Shown: in pieces, positions 16,619 to 23,934 of the stretch
How the letters are laid out: each line of letters opens with the position of its first letter
Numbering within the stretch: the first letter of the stretch is position 1
Assembly (NCBI GenBank): GCA_963718915.1
Contig: CAVRAI010000015.1
Location: forward strand, 270,001-302,000
DNA from: an uncultured Chloroflexia bacterium
GTDB lineage: Bacteria; Chloroflexota; Ktedonobacteria; Ktedonobacterales; JADMIN01
DNA: 32,000 bases
Reading direction: 5' to 3'
Program-made: the position numbers and the translations under genes
Notes under the pieces: model-generated
The model's database searches: none
Told to the model about the DNA's origin: nothing
The model's input: only the letters and a program-made list of their open reading frames with translations

Positions 16619-18075
16619 CCGGATCCAGGTAGGATGCGCACTGACTCCAGCTGATCGTAATCGTTTTCGATGGTGGTGGCTATTGGCGTCGCCGTCGGCG
16701 CGGGTTTGGGCGTCGCTGTGGGTGCATCGGCGTGGGCGTGGGCGTCGCAGTCGCCGCTGGCTTGCCACCGGAGCCACCGGAGCCGCCTGATCCCCCCGAA
16801 CCGCCGGAGCCACCGGAACCGCCGGAGCCAGTGCTGCGCTTGGGCGTGGCGGTCGGCGCGTGGGTGTTCTTCCCCGTCGGTTGCCGTGGACTTGCTCAGC
16901 CCGATATTCGGCGTTCCTGGCGAAGATGACGGCGTCAGCAGCGCGCCCAGCCCATTGCGGCCCAGGACGAGAACCGAGATAAGCAGGAGAACGACGGCGC
17001 CCAGCAACAGCGGGACCGGGCCGGGCTTTTTGAGACCGCGTGATGGTAGCGGTGGTGGATCCTCTGGTACTGGGGTCTTCTCTGAGACGGTTAAGCTGCT
17101 CCAGTCAGTCAGGCTGGGATCCTGCACGACGGGCATGGGGCGCACATACGGCAACCGAACTCCCTGAAGCCCCGCCGAGAACGCCTCGGCGAAGGCGGTC
17201 GCGCTCGTGAAGCGTCGCTCCGGTTGCTTATCGAGCGCCTGCCAGATGACCGCCTCGGCCGACTCCGGCAAGTCGGGCCGCAATGAGCGTGGCAGCGGTG
17301 GGGACTCTTGAACCACCTTGAAGAGGAGCTCCGCGACCGATGTAGATTCGCGTTCAAAGGGCGCCTGGCCAGTAACCATCGCGAAGCAGAGAATGCCCAG
17401 ACTGTAAATATCCGAGGCGGCGCTTACCTTACCCGACCGGATCTGTTCGGGCGCCATATAGGCAGGCGAGCCGAGCAGGCGGCCTTCAGTGGTCTGCTTG
17501 GTGCGCGTCTCATTCATCAGGCGCACGATGCTGAAGTCTGCCAGAAGCGCGTTGTCCGCGCTGTCGAGCATGACATTTTGGGGCTTGATATCGCGATGGA
17601 TGACGCCCGCTCCATGGGCATAGTCGAGGGCGTCGGCGAGTTGTTTTATCCAGCGCTCGGCCTCGGTGAATGGGAGCTTGCCCTCTGCCATATGCTCCCC
17701 GAGCGTACCCCCAGACAGATAAGGCATCACCATGTAGGCGAGATTATCTTCCCCTTCCACGCCAGAGTCGAGTACGGAGACGATGTTGGGATGCTTCAGG
17801 CGCTTGAGCGTTTCCGCCTCGCGGTCGAAACGGCGGCGGAAGTCCTTCTGCTTCTCGTCGTCGGCGGAGATTTCCCAGGATGGCAGTAAAATCTTGATCG
17901 CGACCTCGCCCGGCTTTTGGGGATCGCCGGTATGCGTTGCGCTCTCCCCGTCCCCCGCGATAAGCCGAGCGAGGTAGACGGCGCCCGTTAACCCGACACC
18001 CAGCACGCTTTCGAGGCGATATCCAGCGATCTCACGGCCATAGAAAGTAGCCGGTCCACCAGTGCCTGGCCCCAT
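16615..18075 (-). CDS. Receptor-type Ser/Thr protein kinase 2 (paralog of kinase 1); extracellular tail appears frame-disrupted
   Basis: Start chosen at ATG 18075 (MGPGTGGPATFYGREIAGY), by alignment with the kinase 1 N-terminus (MGPGAEGPEALIGREIAGY) and the GCGGGGGA Shine-Dalgarno. Motifs VAIKIL, HRDIKPQNVML, DFSIVRL, GSPAYMAPE. TM helix PVPLLLGAVVLLLISVLVL. The in-frame tail HWLRRFRWLRRFGGIRRLRWLRW looks like an off-frame reading. Confidence 0.85.
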   Translation of the reverse strand: MGPGTGGPATFYGREIAGYRLESVLGVGLTGAVYLARLIAGDGESATHTGDPQKPGEVAIKILLPSWEISADDEKQKDFRRRFDREAETLKRLKHPNIVSVLDSGVEGEDNLAYMVMPYLSGGTLGEHMAEGKLPFTEAERWIKQLADALDYAHGAGVIHRDIKPQNVMLDSADNALLADFSIVRLMNETRTKQTTEGRLLGSPAYMAPEQIRSGKVSAASDIYSLGILCFAMVTGQAPFERESTSVAELLFKVVQESPPLPRSLRPDLPESAEAVIWQALDKQPERRFTSATAFAEAFSAGLQGVRLPYVRPMPVVQDPSLTDWSSLTVSEKTPVPEDPPPLPSRGLKKPGPVPLLLGAVVLLLISVLVLGRNGLGALLTPSSSPGTPNIGLSKSTATDGEEHPRADRHAQAQHWLRRFRWLRRFGGIRRLRWLRWQASGDCDAHAHADAPTATPKPAPTATPIATTIENDYDQLESVRILPGSG

Positions 18076-18163
18076 TATTCCCCCGCTTTCTTGTTGTCTT
18101 CCTGATCCAGCCGCCACGCTCATAATCGGAGTTAACAGTTTGCCAGTGTATCACTGGATGTAC

Positions 18164-18191
18164 AGTTTACACGGTTCATGTATACTGTCAA
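18164..18191 (-). promoter_or_regulatory. Candidate promoter for kinase 2 (TTGACA-16-TAAACT)
   Basis: On the minus strand, TTGACA (18191..18186), a 16-nt spacer, then TAAACT (18169..18164). It lies about 85 nt upstream of the ATG at 18075. Confidence 0.4.
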
Positions 18192-18277
18192 GCGGTTTCT
18201 ATCATACAGAGGGAGTTTCAGACGCTACAGTGGCAAGAGGAGACGGTCCGGGCGTTATTTGTTCTGCGTGGCTCCCA

Positions 18278-18306
18278 TTGACGGATGGTCGCTCCTCCGG
18301 TATAGT
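18278..18306 (+). promoter_or_regulatory. Candidate promoter for the EccC-like gene (TTGACG-17-TATAGT)
   Basis: TTGACG at 18278..18283, an exact 17-nt spacer, TATAGT at 18301..18306. It lies about 80 nt upstream of the ATG at 18388. Confidence 0.55.
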
Positions 18307-18387
18307 GTTCCCCGCATGCTGAAAATCTCCTGTGCGGGCGGAAAGTCGGGAAGCGTGTAGTCGCGCGGATTGGGATTGGAGAGAGAG

Positions 18388-21300
18388 ATGTCAAACGACA
18401 GGCCAGACGCCAGACCGAGTATTCGAGTGCATCGCGCGCCGCGTCGGTGGCCCTACATCCCCAGCGAACCGATCTCGATCCAGACCGTGCAGCCGCCTAA
18501 CAAGCCATCGAATACCACGCTGCTGGCGACAGGCGCGAGCCTTATTGGGCTGTTACTCGCGGCGTTTGCCTATAGCAAGCTTGGTGGCTCGTCCTCGCTG
18601 ATGATGATCGGCTTTCTGGGAGTGAGCGGCCTTTCGCTCATCGCCTCACTGGCCGTCTTCCTCGTGCAGCGCGCGTCCGCAAGCAGGGATGCGCGCCAAC
18701 TGGTGAAGCGTTACACGGACTACCTCACTACGACCGAGAAGACGATGAGCGACCTCGCCGCCGAAGAGCTTGCCATGCGCCGCGACAGCGCGCCATCTAT
18801 TGCCGTTATGGCCAACACGCTCTCGCGCCACCCCGGGCGCGCGTGGCAGCGTCGCCCATCTGACCCCGATTTTCTGGAGGCGCGCGTTGGAATGGGTGAT
18901 ACTCCTGCCTGGCTACAGGTGCGGCTTGAGGATAATTCCACCCCATTCGCGCCGCTGGCAAAAGACGCGGCGATCCAGCAACTACAACTGCGCGCGCGGG
19001 AAATTGCCGACCATTACCATCTGGCATGCGATGTTCCGCTAACGATACCCGTGCGCGAGCACGCGGCTATTGCTCTGCTCAGCGGCGCGCAGGAGGTTGC
19101 CAAATCCAGTACCCTGGCGCGCGCGCTGGTCGGGCAGGTGGCGTTGCATCACGCGCCTGATGATGTGCAGATGCTCATCCTTGCGCCACCATCCATGGAG
19201 GCGGCGTGGCAGTGGTTCACCAGCCTGCCAACCGCTGGCGGCGCCTTGCAGGGTCTGGCAATCCAGCCCGATGAGCGGAAGCGACGTCTTTCCGTTCTGC
19301 TTGCCGAGTTGGGCCGCCGCCAGCAGGCGCAGAAAGAGCGTGGTGGTGAGAGTCTGCGCGAGCAGCAAGGCGCTCCCCTGCCGCATCTGCTGATCGTCGT
19401 CGACTCGTTCGCGGATAGTCCAGCCGAGATGGATCCGCTGACGACCCCCGCACTGGCGCTTGCATTACAGCATGGGAAGGCATTGGGTGCGACGGTGGTC
19501 TCCGTCCACTCGGTGCGGTCGCAGTCCCCAGGGCAGGTGACGCTCGCGGTGGATGTCGCGCATCGGCGCATCACCTCTTTCGGCCCGAACCCCAATGCCG
19601 AAGCCACCTGCACGACAGTAGATACCTTTGACCCTGGCGATGGGCAGGCGCTGGTCAATGCGCTGGGGCATCTCCAGCTCGAGGCTCAGGCATCGCTCGC
19701 CCTGCCAAGGACGAAGGGTCTGTTATCGCTGATGGATCCGGAGATTAATCGGCCCGAAGACTATCTTATCGAGCAGAGATGGCAAGATAACGCGCAGCGA
19801 TCTCATGATGCTGATGGTCGCTCAGCCTTTGTGATTCCGCTTGGCTTGAAGGTCGGGAATGAGCCGGTCTATCTTGATCTGGTAAATGACGGCCCGCATG
19901 GTCTGCTCATCGGACAGACTGGTTCGGGGAAGAGCGAGCTGTTACGCTCAATCATCGCCGCGCTGGCGATTCAATATTCGCCTGACCGGGTCAATTTCGT
20001 GCTGGTGGACTACAAGGGCGGACTTGCCTTCGAAGCCTTTGCGACATTGCCACACACCGTCGCCTACCTGACGAATATGGTGACCCCAGGCCAGACAACA
20101 CGCTTCCTGGAAATGCTCAACGCCGAAATCGTGCGGCGGCAGGCTGCTGGCGCGCGTAAGGAGCCGCAGCCAGAATTGTTTGTCATCATCGACGAATTCG
20201 CCGAGATGGTGAACCGGCGCTCTGCCAACGATATGAACGAAGCGGTGATGGATAATCTGTCGAGCATTACACGACTGGGGCGTGAGTTAGGCGTTCACCT
20301 GCTGTTTGCGGCGCAACGGCCGGAAGGGAGTATCATCCAGCGGCTTCGAGGAGATGTGCAGTATCGGATTTGCCTGCGCACGAATACCGCGGAAGATAGT
20401 CGCGAGGTGATCAATGTGCCTGACGCCTCGCAGCTACCAGTGGATATTCCTGGGCGTGGCTATCTGCTGAGTGGCGACAACGAGTTGACATTGTTCCAGT
20501 CAGCGCGCATCTCAGTGAACTCGTACCAGTCTGCTGTCCATATCTCACGCGCTGACCTGAATCTCTCGCGCACCATGGGCGCGAGCGCGAACCTGAAGAC
20601 CTTTGACCGAATTATCGCGGAACGGATGGCGCAGCTTACTGGTAGCCCGGTCGCCACTCGCTGGCCAGCTCCCCTGCCCATCCCGACACTCCAGGCGCCA
20701 ACACCGCTGACGCTGATTGCCGGGCCAACTCCGCGTAGCGACATTGTGGCGTGGAGTCAGGGGCAGCATTCAGCGCTACGCAAGATGGAGATTCCCCTCG
20801 GCCTCTTTGACCGCCCCACGGAGCAACGCCAGGAGTGGTTCATCGCCGATCTGCTGGGGCATGCCGGACTCATGCACGGCGGCCCACTGTTGGTGGTGGG
20901 GGATCGCGACGCGGGCAAGACGACTACCTTGCAGACCTTGCTCTTTGCCCTGGCGCTTTCGCAGAGTCCCGCCGATCTGCAGTTGTTCATTCTCAATCCC
21001 AATAGCTCGCTCACGGCGTTTGCGGAACTGCCACACGCGGTCGATAGCCGCGACGCTGGGGCGCGGAATGTCATCGATGGGCAGGATGACGGGGAGTTTC
21101 GCGCGTTTAAAGCCAGATTTGAGCGCGCCGCCCAGCAGGATGCCAGCACACGGCCCGCGTTGCTGCTGGTCGTGGATGACTACGACGAACTTGGCGCTAT
21201 CTATGGTGAGGATCTGCACCAAATGGCGAATCTGGCGGCGCGAAGGCGCGACCGGGGCGCGGTGTATCTAGCGATCTCGGCATCATCACGCCCATCATAC

Positions 21301-21579
21301 AGTGGACTGCCACAAACGATCATCAATAGTATGGCCACACGCATCGTGCTCTACATGAATGATCGCGAACAAGTGCGGAACTTCATCAGCGGGCGTATCC
21401 CTGCCGCGCTCGATCCGATCCCCGGACGCGGACTGGCGCAGACACGGCGCACGCTCGACGCGATACAGATTGCGGTTCCGGTCGTCGGCAAAGACGACAT
21501 CGAACGCATGGCGCACCTGGAGGAAGGGATCCACCAGGTGGCTCAACGCTGGAATGAAAAGGGAGGCATGGGGCGCTAG
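18388..21579 (+). CDS. EccC/EssC-like type VII secretion FtsK/SpoIIIE-family ATPase (shortened: 2 TM, degenerate P-loop domain, two canonical P-loop domains)
   Basis: ATG at 18388 follows GGAGAGAGAG. The N-terminus RVHRAPRRWPYIPSEPISIQTVQPP is followed by two TM helices and then AWQRRPSDPDFLEARVGMGD, the characteristic EccC membrane-proximal region. There is a degenerate Walker A (GAQEVAKSS). Canonical Walker A GQTGSGKSE comes with Walker B FVIIDEFAEM and LLFAAQRP. A second Walker A GDRDAGKTT comes with LLLVVDDYDEL. Confidence 0.9.
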   Translation: MSNDRPDARPSIRVHRAPRRWPYIPSEPISIQTVQPPNKPSNTTLLATGASLIGLLLAAFAYSKLGGSSSLMMIGFLGVSGLSLIASLAVFLVQRASASRDARQLVKRYTDYLTTTEKTMSDLAAEELAMRRDSAPSIAVMANTLSRHPGRAWQRRPSDPDFLEARVGMGDTPAWLQVRLEDNSTPFAPLAKDAAIQQLQLRAREIADHYHLACDVPLTIPVREHAAIALLSGAQEVAKSSTLARALVGQVALHHAPDDVQMLILAPPSMEAAWQWFTSLPTAGGALQGLAIQPDERKRRLSVLLAELGRRQQAQKERGGESLREQQGAPLPHLLIVVDSFADSPAEMDPLTTPALALALQHGKALGATVVSVHSVRSQSPGQVTLAVDVAHRRITSFGPNPNAEATCTTVDTFDPGDGQALVNALGHLQLEAQASLALPRTKGLLSLMDPEINRPEDYLIEQRWQDNAQRSHDADGRSAFVIPLGLKVGNEPVYLDLVNDGPHGLLIGQTGSGKSELLRSIIAALAIQYSPDRVNFVLVDYKGGLAFEAFATLPHTVAYLTNMVTPGQTTRFLEMLNAEIVRRQAAGARKEPQPELFVIIDEFAEMVNRRSANDMNEAVMDNLSSITRLGRELGVHLLFAAQRPEGSIIQRLRGDVQYRICLRTNTAEDSREVINVPDASQLPVDIPGRGYLLSGDNELTLFQSARISVNSYQSAVHISRADLNLSRTMGASANLKTFDRIIAERMAQLTGSPVATRWPAPLPIPTLQAPTPLTLIAGPTPRSDIVAWSQGQHSALRKMEIPLGLFDRPTEQRQEWFIADLLGHAGLMHGGPLLVVGDRDAGKTTTLQTLLFALALSQSPADLQLFILNPNSSLTAFAELPHAVDSRDAGARNVIDGQDDGEFRAFKARFERAAQQDASTRPALLLVVDDYDELGAIYGEDLHQMANLAARRRDRGAVYLAISASSRPSYSGLPQTIINSMATRIVLYMNDREQVRNFISGRIPAALDPIPGRGLAQTRRTLDAIQIAVPVVGKDDIERMAHLEEGIHQVAQRWNEKGGMGR

Positions 21580-21919
21580 CTCAGGTCGCCTACCAATCTG
21601 TCGAGACGATCAGCAATGGGGGTTCAGCGTCTGTGTATGGTATTGGTTTGCTGAAGCAGAAAATCTTGCCTCGTTGCTGCCGCCACGGTATCATGAACAG
21701 CAATTGAACTCGAGTGGTCGTATTTGATTGCGCGACGGCCTGTGCGCAATAATCATCAACCACGCTGTGCTAATGTAGATTTGGAAATTACCAGGGACAC
21801 GCGCTGGGCAGCGCGGGCGGTTCAAACCGCGCCTGAAGGGCCTTTGGCCACGAAGTCCGCCGTCGCGGACTCCCAGATCGTGTCCCAACGCGCTCCCCGT
21901 TGGCGCAGGGTTCTGGGCA

Positions 21920-21940
21920 ACCCGCGCAGGCGGGTTTTGT
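21920..21940 (+). terminator. Intrinsic-terminator-like hairpin (ACCCGC-GCAG-GCGGGT followed by TTTTG)
   Basis: A 6-bp GC-rich stem at 21920..21925 and 21930..21935, a 4-nt loop, and a T-run at 21935..21938. It closes a hairpin-rich region that starts about 21794. Confidence 0.45.
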
Positions 21941-21967
21941 GGCGGAGCGTGCGGAGAGTGACTGATA

Positions 21968-22053
21968 GCAGGTGCAGCAGGTGCAGCAGGTGCAGCAGGT
22001 GCAGCAGGTGCAGCAGGTGCAGCAGGTGCAGCAGGTGCAGCAGGTGCAGCAGG
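21968..22053. repeat. Perfect 9-bp tandem repeat (GCAGGTGCA) x 9 plus a 5-nt partial copy
   Basis: Nine identical contiguous units from 21968 to 22048, then GCAGG. The repeat is intergenic, between the EccC-like gene and the alpha/beta hydrolase gene. Confidence 0.95.
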
Positions 22054-22190
22054 CGAGGCCCTTCAGGCGCGACTTCAGTCGCCCGCCGCCGTAGCTGTCC
22101 GTCGTAATTAGTAAAACGACATCAGCGAGCCAGATGGCGACCAGACTTTCGCAGTGGTATGACGAACTCACCACAATTGGATGATGGCCA

Positions 22191-23078
22191 ATGAACTCGC
22201 CACAAGAAGTGTTCCCGCTGCCGGGCGGCTGTGACGAGGGCTACGTCGTCGCTCATGGCGTGCGGCTGCACTACGTGGCGGCGGGGAGTGGGCCGCTGGC
22301 GATTCTGCTGCATGGCTTCCCGGAGTTCTGGTATTCCTGGCGTTACCAGCTTCCGGCGCTGGCGGCGATTCGTCGGGTGGTCGCGCTGGATACGCGCGGC
22401 TATAACCTCTCTGACAAACCCGCTAGCGGCTATGATCTGGCGACGCTGACCGCCGACGTGCGCGGCGTGATTGAGGCGCTGGGCGAGCGGCAGGCGGATA
22501 TCGTTGGCCACGACTGGGGCGGTCTGATCGCCTGGACGTTTGCCATGCGCGAGCCGGACTATCTGCGGCGGCTGGTCGTGCTGAACGCGCCGCACCCCGC
22601 GACGCTGACCCGCGAGTGGAGGCATCCCGGCCAGTTTCGCCGCAGCGCCTATGTCGGCTTCTTCCAGTTGCGCGGCATCGCCGAGAACAGCATAACCCGC
22701 GACAATTACAGCCAGCTCTGGCGCACCTTTCGGTCGGCGGATCGCGGGCGCGCCTGGCTCACCGATGAGGACATCCAGCGGTTCGTGGATGCGATGGCGC
22801 GGCCCGGCGCGGTGACCGCTGCCCTCAGCTACTATCGCCAGCTTCTGCGCCATGGCGCCGCTGCGCTCTCCCCAGCGCGCGTGATTACCGCGCCATCGTT
22901 GCTCCTCTGGGGCGAGCTTGATCCCTATCTTGGCCCGTGGATAGCCGACGACCTGGAGCGCTGGGCGCCAAACCTGCGCGTCCGCCGCTTCGCGACGGCG
23001 GGTCACTGGCTCAACCAGCAGCTTCCCGAGCAGGTTAACGCCGAATTGCTCAGATTCTTGCGGGAGGCAGACGTCTAA
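22191..23078 (+). CDS. Alpha/beta hydrolase (epoxide hydrolase / haloalkane dehalogenase-like)
   Basis: Contains ILLHGFPEFWYSWRYQLPAL (HGxP oxyanion motif) and the nucleophile elbow VGHDWGGLIAW. Has a C-terminal catalytic His context (TAGHWLNQQLPE). Confidence 0.9.
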   Translation: MNSPQEVFPLPGGCDEGYVVAHGVRLHYVAAGSGPLAILLHGFPEFWYSWRYQLPALAAIRRVVALDTRGYNLSDKPASGYDLATLTADVRGVIEALGERQADIVGHDWGGLIAWTFAMREPDYLRRLVVLNAPHPATLTREWRHPGQFRRSAYVGFFQLRGIAENSITRDNYSQLWRTFRSADRGRAWLTDEDIQRFVDAMARPGAVTAALSYYRQLLRHGAAALSPARVITAPSLLLWGELDPYLGPWIADDLERWAPNLRVRRFATAGHWLNQQLPEQVNAELLRFLREADV

Positions 23079-23934
23079 AATGTCGCCCTCCAACGATGGC
23101 GACATAGCTGAGAAACGCGAGCAGACTGATGCAGACGCTGCTCGGAAAGCCGGAGTAGAAGCCAATCGCAATTCCCAGCCAGGTCATCAGCACGGCAAGC
23201 CCAGCCGACAACGACAATGCGCTATATGGGCGTGTCGTGAGTTGATGCGCAACCGCCGCAGGCAAGAGCAGCAACGCAAAGACCAGCAATGCGCCCACCG
23301 CCAGCGTCGCCTCGCCCACAGTCACCGCCAGGAGCGCCATGAACCCCAGACCCAGCAGTCGCACCGGCACGCCCCTCGCGGCGGCCACGTCGGGATCGAG
23401 CGAGGCGAAGAGTAACGGGCGCGCAATTGCGATGAGAGCCAGCACCGCCAGGCCGCTGATAAGCGCGATGGATTTCACCTGTTCAGCGGAGATTCCCAGA
23501 ATATTGCCAAAGAGGACTGTGACGCCTGAAAATCCAGTGCCAGAGCCGCTCACATGCGCGGTGAAAAGGCTCAAGAAGAGCACACCCAGTCCCAGCACCC
23601 AGGCCAGGATGGTTCCAATGGCAATGTCGCGGCCCCGCAGGCGCTCGCCGAACCCACCCATAATCAGGGCGACCGCAATAGTCGTGAGAATCAGCGCCAG
23701 CAGTGGATTGACACCGAACGCCGCGCCACCGAGCGCACCCGTGAAGGCGACATCCGACAGCGCCTCGCCCGCGAACGCCTGATGGCGCAGCACGACAAAA
23801 TAGCCAACCAGTCCGGCGACGACGCTCAATATCGTCCCGGCGAGCAGTGCCTGACGCATGAAATCGTACTGGAGCATATTCTGCATGTCCTGCCAGAGAT
23901 TGATGGTAAGCGGCGGTAACTCTGCTACGATCAT
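23050..23934 (-). CDS. Metal ABC transporter permease (TroD/ZnuB-like), second permease
   Basis: ATG at 23934 overlaps the stop of the upstream permease (ATGA). Contains MLQYDFMRQALLAGTILSVVAGLVGYFVVLRHQAFAGEALSDVAF, typical of ABC-3 family permeases. The upstream part of the 443-aa ORF is non-coding overlap. Confidence 0.9.
   Translation of the reverse strand: MIVAELPPLTINLWQDMQNMLQYDFMRQALLAGTILSVVAGLVGYFVVLRHQAFAGEALSDVAFTGALGGAAFGVNPLLALILTTIAVALIMGGFGERLRGRDIAIGTILAWVLGLGVLFLSLFTAHVSGSGTGFSGVTVLFGNILGISAEQVKSIALISGLAVLALIAIARPLLFASLDPDVAAARGVPVRLLGLGFMALLAVTVGEATLAVGALLVFALLLLPAAVAHQLTTRPYSALSLSAGLAVLMTWLGIAIGFYSGFPSSVCISLLAFLSYVAIVGGRHFRRLPPARI

Noticed and set aside
18144-18158. A 6-3-6 palindrome CCAGTG-TAT-CACTGG in the kinase-2 5' leader.
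   Set aside because: It is a single short palindrome with no second copy in the window. That is insufficient to call an operator.
21794-21886. Assignment of the multi-hairpin domain to a known riboswitch or housekeeping RNA (ZTP/pfl, ykkC guanidine-I, mini-ykkC, cobalamin B12 box, fluoride, SRP, RNase P, tmRNA).
   Set aside because: I compared it from memory with the conserved cores, for example CCGCCUGGGC for ZTP, GGAAGCAGCC for SRP and GAGGAAAGUCC for RNase P. There were no convincing matches, only short chance similarities. It is left as an unclassified candidate.
21968-22053. Possible CRISPR array.
   Set aside because: The units are 9 bp and directly abutting, with no spacers. This is a simple tandem repeat. 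No cas genes are in the window.
21724-22174. ORFs spanning the 9-bp repeat, which encode (CSR)9 on the plus strand and (CCT)n-type Cys/Thr repeats on the minus strand.
   Set aside because: Outside the repeat the translations are Arg/Pro-rich with no coding character, no Shine-Dalgarno and no plausible start context. They are treated as artefacts of a stop-free repeat.
18124-22190. Search for WXG100/Esx-like small genes (about 90-110 aa, helix-turn-helix hairpin with W-x-G) next to the EccC-like gene.
   Set aside because: None of the listed ORFs in or around the flanks (18062..18322, 18178..18360, 21359..21727, 21691..21888) has helical, W-x-G or start-signal features. ORFs shorter than 60 aa that I inspected by eye near 21580-21790 terminate after about 12 codons.
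23050-23078. A 29-bp convergent overlap between the 3' ends of the alpha/beta hydrolase and the second ABC permease.
   Set aside because: Short convergent overlaps are common in compact GC-rich genomes. The last few codons of the permease (..RHFRRLPPARI) may simply be a non-conserved tail. There is no evidence of functional significance.
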